A stretch of 64,000 nucleotides of DNA from a bacterium (GCA_023269085.1 JAHFML010000003.1:52863-116862), one strand, 5' to 3'; shown: positions 9,293 through 18,666, numbered from the stretch's first letter. The notes: generated by a model from the letters alone, not told the origin. Program-made: numbers and translations.

Positions 9293-10741
9293 ATGCTTAA
9301 ACTCACATCATTCGGCGGGGCGGGGAAGGTGACGGGCTCTAACTTTTTGATCGAAGGCGTACAGGCTAAAACCGCCGAAGGCGGTTCGCCCGACGCGGCA
9401 CAGAGTGCCGCGTTTAGGGGCAAGATGCTCGTCGACTGCGGTATGGAGCAGGGGGGCGACTTCGCGGTCGCCGAGATCTATGCGCCCTTCGCCTATGATG
9501 CCGCTTCTATCGACGCGCTCGTCGTGACGCACGCGCACCTCGATCATGTCGGGCGTATCCCCAAGCTTGTGCGGGAAGGGTTCAAAGGGAAAATATATAT
9601 GACTCCGCCGACCAAGGATCTCGCGCTCCTCATCCTTCACGATTCCATTAACATCTTGCGCGAAGAAGCGATGCGCCTCGGCAGGGCGCCCTTGTATGAA
9701 GCCGAGGATGTCGAGCGCGCGACCGCACTCATCGAAACGCTCGACTATCATATTGAGAAAGAAGTGGCGCCGGGCCTCTCGGTCTATTATCGCAACACGG
9801 GGCACATCCTCGGCGCGGCGAGCGTGCGCATCACGGATGAAGAGGGCACCGTGCTCGTGCTCACGGGCGACATCGGCAACTCGCCCTCGCCGCTCCTGCC
9901 CGACTGGGAGCCGGTCCCGGGCGCCGATGCGCTCCTCATGGAGAGTGTGTATGGCGACCGGCTCCACCCGGCGCACGCTGATCGCGTCGCGCGCTTGCGC
10001 GAGGCGCTCAAGCGCGCGATAGCGAAGGGCGGCACCATTCTTATCCCATCCTTCTCGATAGAACGCACCCAGCTCATGCTCTATGAGCTCTCCAACTTCT
10101 TCTCGGCGAGCGAGCTCCCGCCGGTGCCCGTCTTCCTCGATTCGCCGCTCGCTATCCATGTGACCGAGGTGTATGAGAAGTATGGCGCGACCTACTTCAA
10201 GAGCGAGGCCGAAGAGGAGATGAAGCGCGAGAAGAGCCTTTTCGAGTTCCCCTTCTTACAGAAGACGCTCGCACCAGAGGACTCGGCCGCGATAGCGAAG
10301 GTGCCGAGCCCGAAGATTATCATCGCGGGCGCGGGCATGAGCCATGGCGGCCGCATCGGCCGCTGGGAGGCGCGCTACTTGCCCGACCCAACCACGACGC
10401 TTCTCATCGTCGGCTACCAAGCCCCCGGCTCGCCGGGCAGGCGCATGGCCGACGGCGCACCGACGGTGCGCCTCGGCGGGCAGACGATTCACAATAGAGC
10501 GACCGTCGAGATTCTCGAGGGTTGGTCGGCGCATGCTGATCGCGACGAGCTTTTGAAATTTGCCGAAGAGGCACTCACCGACAAAAATAAAAAACTCAAG
10601 ACCATCTTCGTCGCGCTCGGCGAGCCTTCGGCCGAACGGTTCCTCGCCCAGCGCATCCATGACTACCTCGGCGCGACCGCCATAGTCCCCGAGCCCGCCG
10701 AGACATGGGAGATCTCGAAGGATGAGGTGAAGAGGGTGTGA
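9293..10741 (+). CDS. MBL-fold beta-CASP ribonuclease (YSH1-like)
   Basis: THAHLDHVG, GHILG, ESVYG, SAHAD motifs; carries an in-frame palindromic insert at 9366-9418. Confidence 0.9.
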   Translation: MLKLTSFGGAGKVTGSNFLIEGVQAKTAEGGSPDAAQSAAFRGKMLVDCGMEQGGDFAVAEIYAPFAYDAASIDALVVTHAHLDHVGRIPKLVREGFKGKIYMTPPTKDLALLILHDSINILREEAMRLGRAPLYEAEDVERATALIETLDYHIEKEVAPGLSVYYRNTGHILGAASVRITDEEGTVLVLTGDIGNSPSPLLPDWEPVPGADALLMESVYGDRLHPAHADRVARLREALKRAIAKGGTILIPSFSIERTQLMLYELSNFFSASELPPVPVFLDSPLAIHVTEVYEKYGATYFKSEAEEEMKREKSLFEFPFLQKTLAPEDSAAIAKVPSPKIIIAGAGMSHGGRIGRWEARYLPDPTTTLLIVGYQAPGSPGRRMADGAPTVRLGGQTIHNRATVEILEGWSAHADRDELLKFAEEALTDKNKKLKTIFVALGEPSAERFLAQRIHDYLGATAIVPEPAETWEISKDEVKRV

Positions 10742-10760
10742 TGTGGTATGCTTAACTTCT

Positions 10761-10955
10761 ATGGCGAAAGATTGGTCAAAACTCTATAAAAAATACAAAG
10801 GACTGTGGGTTGCTCTTGCGCAAGACGAAGAGACGGTGCTCGGTTTCGGTCCTACGGTGCAAGAGGCCGTCAAGAAGGCCCAGAAAAAAAGCGCCGAGAT
10901 GCCCTACCTCACTCGTGTCCCGAAGAATCTCAATGCGTATGTCGGCGTCATATGA
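10761..10955 (+). CDS. Small DUF5678-like protein
   Basis: KYKGLWVAL...G..VQEA pattern; TATGCT -10 box upstream. Confidence 0.6.
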   Translation: MAKDWSKLYKKYKGLWVALAQDEETVLGFGPTVQEAVKKAQKKSAEMPYLTRVPKNLNAYVGVI

Positions 10956-10999
10956 AGTTCAGATACGCTCAGCATGAAAACAGAAGAGTTATTTCATGA
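10952..10999 (+). pseudogene. Truncated stub (MKFRY...) of the retropepsin-like partner often found after DUF5678
   Basis: ATGA overlap with the DUF5678 stop; ends after 15 codons. Confidence 0.35.
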
Positions 11000-11041
11000 G
11001 ATAGAAATAAAAATGGTCCGCCAGTGAGGCGGACCAGATGA

Positions 11042-11668
11042 TCAAGTAATCATGACAAGAACCGTCACAATCATGAAGAGCCCGTTTTCGAGGGAAAACC
11101 CAGACACCTCAAGTGCTTGAAGCGGGCTAGTTGTCCGGTTGCACAACTTGTGCGGCAGTTCTTCGACAAGCGTGACATTTATCGTCGCGCCGAGGATCCA
11201 CATACCCCACCCGAGCAGCATCCACTCGGTCGGTAAATCGTGTGGCTCGAGATATTGCTTGAGCTGCGGATAGAACGACAAGATGTCGGCTGCAATGCCG
11301 CCCAAAAACAAGATGCGGGCGTTCCACTTTCCTGTTATACCGCCTATCGTAGCCCAAAGGCTGATAGTTACGACTATGCCAAATAGCACGACACTTTCGG
11401 CATGACCGAGGTTGAAAGTAGAGCCTCTTCGGCAGATCGCCAAGATGAGCATTGAGGCGTTCCCAATAAGGAACCCGAATGGCATGCGCCAGCCAGCAAA
11501 TCCTTGCGTATGCGATGCATAAAGTAACATCGCTGAAAGGATGAGCCAGAGGCTGTATGAAGCGGTATTTACTTCTGACGGGTGTTGCCATCCGCCGACG
11601 CCGAGGGGTATATATGCCCCGGCGCTAAGGAGCAGGACAAGCCAGCTCCAATAATCTTTCCGAGACAT
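11042..11668 (-). CDS. Hypothetical multi-pass membrane protein
   Basis: About six hydrophobic segments; lower GC; SD-like GGGAGA upstream. Confidence 0.7.
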   Translation of the reverse strand: MSRKDYWSWLVLLLSAGAYIPLGVGGWQHPSEVNTASYSLWLILSAMLLYASHTQGFAGWRMPFGFLIGNASMLILAICRRGSTFNLGHAESVVLFGIVVTISLWATIGGITGKWNARILFLGGIAADILSFYPQLKQYLEPHDLPTEWMLLGWGMWILGATINVTLVEELPHKLCNRTTSPLQALEVSGFSLENGLFMIVTVLVMIT

Positions 11669-11809
11669 GGTGTTCTCCCAAAGAACAACCTCCAATCGAG
11701 GCGGTAATATATTACCATACTTACTGCCTAGAAGTCAATTTTTGCAACTTGTAGCAAAAGGCCGCTACTTTAAGGCAACGGTCTTTTTGTAAAATGGGGA
11801 AGCGAGGCG

Positions 11810-12157
11810 TTAGCTGACCTGCTTGCTGATGCGTTCGAAGATCTCGGGCTTGGTCGAGGCGAATTCGGCGAGGACCTTGCGGTCGAGGCCGATGTTGGCC
11901 TTCTTCAACTTCGCGATGAAGGTGCTGTAGGACTGGTGCCCGAGCTCGCGGACCGCGGCGTTCAAGCGGACTATCCAGAGCTGACGGAAGACGGTCTTCT
12001 TGTCGCGACGATGGGCGAAGGCGTAGCGACCGGCGCGCATCAGGGCTTCGTGCGCGAAGTTGAGCTTCTTGGAGCGATTGCCGCGATAGCCCTTGGCGCG
12101 CTCGAGGAGATTCGTGCGTCGCTTGAGTGCCATCATGCCGCCTTTGATTCTTGTCAT
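11810..12157 (-). CDS. rplT: 50S ribosomal protein L20
   Basis: AKGYRG, FRQLWIVRLNAA, LDRKVLA. Confidence 0.97.
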   Translation of the reverse strand: MTRIKGGMMALKRRTNLLERAKGYRGNRSKKLNFAHEALMRAGRYAFAHRRDKKTVFRQLWIVRLNAAVRELGHQSYSTFIAKLKKANIGLDRKVLAEFASTKPEIFERISKQVS

Positions 12158-12181
12158 ACGAAAGTAATTAAATAAGGATAA

Positions 12182-12367
12182 TTAGGTGCCGGGGAGGAAG
12201 CGACGCTGCTCCTTGGCGGTGAGGCTGATGGTGATAGCGACGCGCTTGCCCGAGCGCTTCGAGCCGCTCTGCTTCGCATTGAAATGGTTCTGGCCCGCCT
12301 TGCGTGCGACGAGCTTGCCGGTGCGGGTGACGCGGATTCTTTTGGTATACGATTTATTTGTTTTCAT
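12182..12367 (-). CDS. rpmI: 50S ribosomal protein L35
   Basis: MKTNKSYTKRIRVTRTGK; lies between infC and rplT. Confidence 0.93.
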   Translation of the reverse strand: MKTNKSYTKRIRVTRTGKLVARKAGQNHFNAKQSGSKRSGKRVAITISLTAKEQRRFLPGT

Positions 12368-12939
12368 ATTTTGGTTTCGTCTTTCTGTGCTCCGGCAATC
12401 TCCTTTTCGCGTTTGGCTTGAGCTTGGAGATCTCGTTCGATGACGCCGGCAAACCCTTTTGGGCTCCGCGCTATCGGCTCGGCGACCTTGTAGGCGTAGG
12501 GGATGCGGGTGAGGAACTTCTCGAGGCGAACCTTGAGGAACTCCTCGCTCATCCCCTTGTAGCGCCCCTTGAGGAAGAGCTCGGCGCGGACCCGATGGCC
12601 CTCACTGAGCCATTCGGCGGCCTTTTTTGCCTTCAAGGCCATGTCGTTGTCGCCGGTGCCCACTTTGATCTGGACCTCCTTCGTCTCCGAGACTTTGACC
12701 TTCGCCCGGGCTACCTTCTCCTTCTTGCTCCGCTCATATTCGAATTTACCATAATCCATGATCTTCGCAACGGGCGGGGTCGCTGAGGGCGAGATCTCGA
12801 TGAGGTCGACTCCCGCCCTCTTTGCGGCCGCGAGAGCATCAGAAAGTGAGAGAACTCCCAGGTTTTCGCCTTCTGCACCAATAACGCGCAACTCAAGCGC
12901 GCGTATTTCATTATTGATGCGGATGCGTTCGGTAGCCAC
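12364..12939 (-). CDS. infC: Translation initiation factor IF-3
   Basis: RINNEIRA, PPVAKIMDYGKFEYE. Confidence 0.95.
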   Translation of the reverse strand: MATERIRINNEIRALELRVIGAEGENLGVLSLSDALAAAKRAGVDLIEISPSATPPVAKIMDYGKFEYERSKKEKVARAKVKVSETKEVQIKVGTGDNDMALKAKKAAEWLSEGHRVRAELFLKGRYKGMSEEFLKVRLEKFLTRIPYAYKVAEPIARSPKGFAGVIERDLQAQAKREKEIAGAQKDETKI

Positions 12940-13030
12940 TGGAAGTCACTCGATTGTAGCACAAAAAGGCAGGAATATGCAACTTTTTCGCAGATACAAA
13001 AAATGCGCCGACCTGAAGGTCGGCGCAGGA

Positions 13031-13318
13031 TCAGAGTATCTCAAAGAACGGAACGGACGTCACAGGAAACAGATCCGAACTGATGATGGAATCAGGGGAC
13101 AGCACCCACTCGTTGTTCTGAAAGATTAGTAGGTATGTTTGACCCGAGGGAGACCGTACGCGGGTTCCGCGTCTTCCCTTGGGGGGAAAGCATGGCACAA
13201 ACAGGCATTGATTCCGTGTGCCGCGTTTCTCCTGTGCAGGCTGCGTCATAAGCCAAAAGCTCTGAGCGTAGTATCCAACAACATCGCCGGATGTTATTAC
13301 ACCGTTGTGCGAGTCCAT
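13031..13318 (-). CDS. Hypothetical protein
   Basis: 95-aa ORF preceded by AAAGGAGA; lower GC. Confidence 0.45.
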   Translation of the reverse strand: MDSHNGVITSGDVVGYYAQSFWLMTQPAQEKRGTRNQCLFVPCFPPKGRRGTRVRSPSGQTYLLIFQNNEWVLSPDSIISSDLFPVTSVPFFEIL

Positions 13319-13400
13319 TTACATCTCCTTTTTTGCGATGAGTTGCGGGAGGGCCCACCCAAATTGCCCGTTGAGAGTAAAGCACGAGGTGAGTGTGGTG

Positions 13401-14324
13401 TCAATCGCCGCGGAGCTGATCGGGAGAGGTGAGAACGATCTCGGCCTGGCCCTGGTAGGAGGTGATCTTGCCGATCAGGGTGACCGTCTTGCCAGCATAT
13501 TTGGAAAGGTCGCCGAATTTTTTCACATCGTCGGCGAAGATGACGCCCGAGAAGGGGCAACCTTTGTAGGACTTGCAAAAGTCGAGGAAGACGGTGCCGC
13601 TCTTGCTCGTGTAGGCGTCGACGAGCGTGCCGCGCACCGAGGCAGTCGCGCCGATGTGCGCGGGAGCGTCGGTGGTGGCGATGGTGCCGATAGAAACGGG
13701 CGCGGCCGCGCTAGCGGCCGCGTTGGTGCCCGCATAGGCCGTGAATAATTTCTTCAAGATATTCTCATACGTCTGTCGCAGGGTCGGGTCGGTGCCGATT
13801 TCCAATAACTCATCATTTACGTTGGTCGCCGAATTCGTCCAGTTGTAGCTCCCGAGCGCATAGGCCGAATCGGTGACGAGCGCTTTGATATGCATGATGC
13901 CCGAGCCGCTCGCGTGTTTCTCGGTCTCGACCGGGATACCGGCCGCGACGAGCTCCGCGATGATCGGCTTGTCGTAGCTCTTAGCGCTCTCACCGCTGTC
14001 GACGAGCCCGCGCACCTCGACCCCGCGCCCCTTCGCCGCGACGAGCGCGTCGGCAACATCCTTGAGCGTGAACTCATAGATGGCGAAATAAATATGACTC
14101 TTCGCCGCATTGATGAGCGCAATGAGCTCTTTGTCATTCTGCTTTTGGTCGAGCGAGTAGAGCACGCGGGTCGTGCCTGCCTTCGGCTCGGCGACGGTCG
14201 TAGCGGGGACGCTCACACACGTACCTGCCACCGATCCCTTGTCGCTCGCCATCGCGTAGCCAATCGTTCCCGATGCGAGCACGAGCACGAGCGCCACCCC
14301 GGCACGAATCAGTTTCTGCTTCAT
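13401..14324 (-). CDS. Secreted phospholipase D-family (HKD) nuclease-like protein with C-terminal OB-fold-like domain
   Basis: Signal peptide; MHIKALVTD...GSYNWT...NDE single HKD motif. Confidence 0.8.
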   Translation of the reverse strand: MKQKLIRAGVALVLVLASGTIGYAMASDKGSVAGTCVSVPATTVAEPKAGTTRVLYSLDQKQNDKELIALINAAKSHIYFAIYEFTLKDVADALVAAKGRGVEVRGLVDSGESAKSYDKPIIAELVAAGIPVETEKHASGSGIMHIKALVTDSAYALGSYNWTNSATNVNDELLEIGTDPTLRQTYENILKKLFTAYAGTNAAASAAAPVSIGTIATTDAPAHIGATASVRGTLVDAYTSKSGTVFLDFCKSYKGCPFSGVIFADDVKKFGDLSKYAGKTVTLIGKITSYQGQAEIVLTSPDQLRGD

Positions 14325-14344
14325 GGCTGTAGTATAATCCATTT

Positions 14345-15046
14345 ATGGCACTCGTATTCGACATTGAGACGGTGGGGGAGAAGTGGGAGGCGCTTGATGA
14401 GACGACCCAGCATAACCTCTCGTGGTACTTGCGTGAGTCGTCGCGCTCGGAGGAGGAGTTTGAATATGAGATGAAAGAGTTGAAGGAGGGCATGGGCCTC
14501 TCGCCTCTGACCGGCAGTGTCGTCGCTATTGGTGTTTTCGATACGGAAAAAGAGAAAGGCGCGGTCTATTTCTCGGCGCCGGGCGAAACGATCGAGGCGC
14601 ACGAAGAGGGCGGCATCAAGTATGAAGCGATGGAGGAGAAGGAGATGCTTGAGAAGTTCTGGCAGGTCGCCACGGTGTGCAATGAGTTCGTCTCCTTCAA
14701 TGGTCGCGGCTTCGACGCGCCTTTCCTCGCTATTCGCTCGCTCGTGCACGGGGTCCGCCCGACGAAGGATCTACTCAGCAATCGCTACCTCTCGCTCCAG
14801 CGAGGCTGTGCGCATATCGACCTGATGGACCAACTCACCTTCTACGGCGCGGCGCGCTTCCGCAAATCGCTCCACCTCTTTTGTCGGGCGCTCGGTATCG
14901 AGAGCCCGAAGGCGGGTGGCACGACCGGCGACGACGTCGCGGCCCTCTATGCCAATAAAAAATATGAGGACATTGCGCGCTACAACGCGGGCGACCTCTT
15001 CGCCACCGCGGCACTCTATCACCGTTGGCACGATACGCTACGATAG
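14345..15046 (+). CDS. PolB-like 3'-5' exonuclease (RNase H-like)
   Basis: VFDIET, FNGRGFD, YNAGD DEDD motifs. Confidence 0.85.
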   Translation: MALVFDIETVGEKWEALDETTQHNLSWYLRESSRSEEEFEYEMKELKEGMGLSPLTGSVVAIGVFDTEKEKGAVYFSAPGETIEAHEEGGIKYEAMEEKEMLEKFWQVATVCNEFVSFNGRGFDAPFLAIRSLVHGVRPTKDLLSNRYLSLQRGCAHIDLMDQLTFYGAARFRKSLHLFCRALGIESPKAGGTTGDDVAALYANKKYEDIARYNAGDLFATAALYHRWHDTLR

Positions 15047-15069
15047 TCGCTTTGTGATATGGTGAGCAC

Positions 15070-15543
15070 ATGAAAGGCGAGCGAGATATCCTGTGGCTCT
15101 TCGACTTCGCGCTCATCGCGAAGATGTTGAATGGCGCGCTTGAGACGCTCGCGGCCTTGCTCGTGCTATTCGTGCCGCCGGCATTCGTCATCAAGGTAGT
15201 CGAGTGGGCGACGAGCGGCGAGCTCGCACAGGATCCGACCGACCCCATCGCGACGCTTATCCGATCGACCGCACACACTTTCACCATCCACACGCATTAT
15301 CTCCTCGCGCTCTATCTCGCGCTCCACGGTGTCGTGAAGGTCGCGCTCGTCATCGGCATCTTCGCGAAGAAGCGAATCGCATACCCGCTCTTTATGCTTG
15401 CGCTCGCACTCTTCGGCGCGTATGAGCTCTATCGAGGGCTCCTCCTCAACGAGCTACTCCTCCAAGCGCTTGGCGCGTTCGATTTCGCGCTCCTGCTCCT
15501 CACGGCGTACGAGTATCGGCAGAGGTATCCGCTCCCTGCTTGA
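15070..15543 (+). CDS. DUF2127-like membrane protein
   Basis: ELAQDPTD, YLALHGVVK pattern; four TM segments. Confidence 0.7.
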   Translation: MKGERDILWLFDFALIAKMLNGALETLAALLVLFVPPAFVIKVVEWATSGELAQDPTDPIATLIRSTAHTFTIHTHYLLALYLALHGVVKVALVIGIFAKKRIAYPLFMLALALFGAYELYRGLLLNELLLQALGAFDFALLLLTAYEYRQRYPLPA

Positions 15544-16126
15544 ATCGGCTGGCGAGCACATTGTGCCGGCCTATGAAGAAGAGAATGATGAGGAAGATTG
15601 CCGCGATGCCCCAGCGCACCGGCCCGATGAGCTCGGTGGTGAGCGTACCGAACCAATACGAAGCGGCGAAGAGCGCCGTCGTCCAGACGCTCGCGGCGGC
15701 GGTCACGACGAGGATAAAGGTGCCGAGCGGCGAGCCGAAGAAGCCGCTTGTCGTGTAGGTGGGGAAGCGCGCACCGGGGATGAAGCGCGCGGAGAAGACC
15801 GTGATGGCGAAACGCGTCTCGAGCCAGCCTCTGAAGGGGGCGGTCATCTCGTGATCAACGTAGCGCGCGAACCACGGGTGCTTGCTCGCGAGCCAGCCGA
15901 TACCGTAGAGCAGAATGTCGCCGAAGATGATGCCCGCATAGAGTGAAGCGAGGGCGAGCGGGATCGAGATAATATGGTCAGCCGCGAGGAGGCCGACGAT
16001 GATGGTCGTCGGGTCCTCGACGAAGAAGACGCCGATCATGATGGCCGCCGCGAAGAGGAATGGGCTCGCTGCTGCGCCGATGATGAAATTGTAGAGGAAA
16101 TGAAGATGCATGGGCCGCTTCAGCAT
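15500..16126 (-). CDS. DedA/VTT family membrane protein
   Basis: GDILLYGIG, ARFIPGAR. Confidence 0.85.
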   Translation of the reverse strand: MLKRPMHLHFLYNFIIGAAASPFLFAAAIMIGVFFVEDPTTIIVGLLAADHIISIPLALASLYAGIIFGDILLYGIGWLASKHPWFARYVDHEMTAPFRGWLETRFAITVFSARFIPGARFPTYTTSGFFGSPLGTFILVVTAAASVWTTALFAASYWFGTLTTELIGPVRWGIAAIFLIILFFIGRHNVLASRFKQGADTSADTRTP

Positions 16127-16170
16127 AGCAAATTTTTCTTTGTCGCGGGCGTAGTACAATAGGCGGACGT

Positions 16171-16749
16171 ATGCAAAGTGATGCTACCGATCAAGAAATC
16201 GTCCGCCGGACGCTCCATGATAAAGAATCCTTCGCGCTCCTCATCGAGCGATATGAGGCGAAGCTCCTGCGCTACCTCGAACGACTCGGCGTTGGCGTGA
16301 GAGAAGATCGGGAGGATATCTTGCAGAACGCCTTCGTGAAGGCCTACAAGAATTTGAACAGCTTCGACCCCGAACTCGAGTTCTCTTCGTGGATGTATCG
16401 CATCACGCACAACGAGGCGATGAGCTTCTTCCGGGCGAAGCGCGCGCGGCCGCAGGTGATCTTGAGCGAGGACGGTGAGTTGCTCCTCACCGAGTTGCGT
16501 GATGAATCGTCTGACACGGCGGCCATAGCCGAGCATCGTCTCGATAGCGAAGAGCTCGCGCGCGCGTTTGCAGAGCTCGAGCCGAAGTACCGCACGGCGC
16601 TCGTGCTCCGCTTCTTCGAGGACCGCTCCTACAACGAGATGTCGGACATTCTGCAGGTACCCGTCGGGACCGTCTCGACGCTCCTCTATCGAGCGAAGAG
16701 GGAGCTCAAGAAAGTATTACCCGAGCATCACCGTGCGAATCATTTTTGA
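16171..16749 (+). CDS. ECF RNA polymerase sigma factor
   Basis: EDILQNAFVKAY, FSSWMYRITHN, GTVSTLLYRAK. Confidence 0.92.
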   Translation: MQSDATDQEIVRRTLHDKESFALLIERYEAKLLRYLERLGVGVREDREDILQNAFVKAYKNLNSFDPELEFSSWMYRITHNEAMSFFRAKRARPQVILSEDGELLLTELRDESSDTAAIAEHRLDSEELARAFAELEPKYRTALVLRFFEDRSYNEMSDILQVPVGTVSTLLYRAKRELKKVLPEHHRANHF

Positions 16750-16754
16750 ATACC

Positions 16755-17654
16755 ATGACCACCATGCCGCCATCTCACCATCACGACGATCCGCTCACGA
16801 AGCGGGTCCTTGAGCGCATCAGTGACGAGCACGTGCGCCCGCGCTGGGAGTTCGTAGTGAAGAATTACTTTTTTTGGGGACTCGGCGCGCTCGCGGTCTT
16901 GCTCGGCGCTCTCGCCGTGTCAGCTATCCTCTTCGAGGTCACCAATGTTGACTGGCGGCTCGCATCGGCGACGCATGGGAGTCTCGCCGCACTCATCCTC
17001 GCCGCCGCGCCGTATCTCTGGATCGTGGCGCTCATCGTGTTCGTTGTGGTCGGATATCGCAATGTCCGCCTGACGAGCCGCGGCTATCGGTATCGGCTTT
17101 CGACCATCGCGCTCGGGGCGGTCCTCACCTCGCTCACGCTCGGGAGCGCGCTCCATATGGGCGGCTTCAGCAGAGCGATTGAAGAATCGATCGGCGATCA
17201 TCCCGCCTTCTATCGCCCTATCCTCGCGACGGAACAGTCATGGTGGAATGCGCCCGAGAAGGGTCTCATCGGCGGTGTGGTGACAGCGGTCGCGCCGGAC
17301 ATCGCGTCCTTCACGGTGCGCGGGTTCGACGGCGCGACCTGGCAGGTCGACGGCGACGACCTCCTGCTTCGCGATCGCACGACGGTCGCGCGCGGCGGCA
17401 TGGTGCGCATTGTCGGCGTGCCGCTCGTCTCGACGAGCACATCGGGGACATTTTTCCATGCTTGCTTCGTTTTCCCCTTCGCGCCGATGATGGGCTGGCG
17501 CCATATGATGCCACCTCCGCCCTTGGCGACCCTTGCCTCGACGAGCGGGCACGAGTCTCCAGCCGAGCGCAGTGCCGAGTGTCGCGGCATTCAGCCCTAT
17601 CACGACCTCCGTCAAGTCGAGACCGATGATGCCGCCGCCTCGAACGAGAATTAG
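16755..17654 (+). CDS. Membrane protein, putative anti-sigma factor
   Basis: Three TM helices; directly follows the ECF sigma gene. Confidence 0.55.
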   Translation: MTTMPPSHHHDDPLTKRVLERISDEHVRPRWEFVVKNYFFWGLGALAVLLGALAVSAILFEVTNVDWRLASATHGSLAALILAAAPYLWIVALIVFVVVGYRNVRLTSRGYRYRLSTIALGAVLTSLTLGSALHMGGFSRAIEESIGDHPAFYRPILATEQSWWNAPEKGLIGGVVTAVAPDIASFTVRGFDGATWQVDGDDLLLRDRTTVARGGMVRIVGVPLVSTSTSGTFFHACFVFPFAPMMGWRHMMPPPPLATLASTSGHESPAERSAECRGIQPYHDLRQVETDDAAASNEN

Positions 17655-17751
17655 TTTGTGCATATCTGGTTTGCACGAGTGCGCTGGGGGCTTGCTTTTT
17701 TGCATAATGTGTGCTAGTCTAAAACCTAGATAGAACCTTGCCATTACGCAC

Positions 17752-17822
17752 GTTCGCCACAGCAGAAAGGGGCTTTCGCCAGTCGGCAGGCTCGGCCGTT
17801 TTCTGCTGTGGCGAACCGAATA
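17752..17822 (+). promoter_or_regulatory. Conserved structured leader upstream of DGR1 target
   Basis: 17-bp perfect inverted repeat GTTCGCCACAGCAGAAA/TTTCTGCTGTGGCGAAC; closely similar copy at 54000-54066. Confidence 0.8.
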
Positions 17823-17887
17823 TGTCGGTGCGTCGTACAGCACGCGACAATATCAGCAATGATAGTCGCACAAAAGGAGATCGCATC

Positions 17888-18604
17888 ATGTTGACCGACT
17901 CTCGCACCATCGCTCAAGCATACGGTCTTGGGCAAAAAGTTTTCTCCGCCGGCGAGGTTGCCGGTATGACGCCAGAGCTTTGGAATGCTCTGGCTCAAGA
18001 CGCGCGATTGTTTGCGCAGCTTCCGGCGATGATCCGCGGCTCTTTGGCGGATGCGTTGGCTGAACAGCGCGAACAGCAACCCAAGTTCTTCACTCACATC
18101 GCGACGACCAACCTTGCCGCGACTGTGGGCAAAAAGACGAGGAAGTGTTTCGTTGGCAGTCGCTATACGTATCGCGACAACGACTTCGACAACTGGCTTC
18201 CCGCCAATCAGCCATCCGCCGATGCCTGCGTTATCACAACGCTTGCTTCTGAGCAGGACTGGACGTTTGCCGAAGCCGCTGCCAAAGTCCTAGGTGTTGG
18301 CGCTGGCACGAACATCATCTTGCTCGGCAAAGCGCTCATCGAGAACGGTCATATCATGACCTTGGCGCAAGCTGAAGAAATGATCGAAGCCAACGAGCAC
18401 GGCGAGAACACCGGTATGCACCGCGATGGTCGGGGCAATTTCTTCTTCGTGGAAACGGAGGACGAAAATAATCCCGTCTCGGTTGGCGGCGTCGGTCGCG
18501 TTGAGCGCGCTTGGGTCGCGTACGTCGGCTGGCTCGTCAGCGGCGATCGCTGGGACGCTGGCGGTCGGCTCCTCGTCCGCAACTTGGACGCTTCGAAACT
18601 CTGA
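17888..18604 (+). CDS. DGR1 target (variable) protein
   Basis: 3' end contains the VR matching TR1; AAAGGAGA SD upstream. Confidence 0.9.
   Translation: MLTDSRTIAQAYGLGQKVFSAGEVAGMTPELWNALAQDARLFAQLPAMIRGSLADALAEQREQQPKFFTHIATTNLAATVGKKTRKCFVGSRYTYRDNDFDNWLPANQPSADACVITTLASEQDWTFAEAAAKVLGVGAGTNIILLGKALIENGHIMTLAQAEEMIEANEHGENTGMHRDGRGNFFFVETEDENNPVSVGGVGRVERAWVAYVGWLVSGDRWDAGGRLLVRNLDASKL
18475..18583 (+). repeat. DGR1 variable repeat (VR1)
   Basis: 109-bp match to 18863-18971 with 20 mismatches, 19 of them opposite TR adenines. Confidence 0.97.
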
Positions 18605-18666
18605 CACTTGGTCTCTTTCGAGTGTCCTCTAATTACTCCTCTCACGTATTACGCGTGCGAGGAGTA
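18603..18666 (+). other. Two hairpins 3' of VR1 (candidate DGR target-recognition hairpins)
   Basis: GACACT...AGTGTC and TACTCCT...AGGAGTA inverted repeats. Confidence 0.6.
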
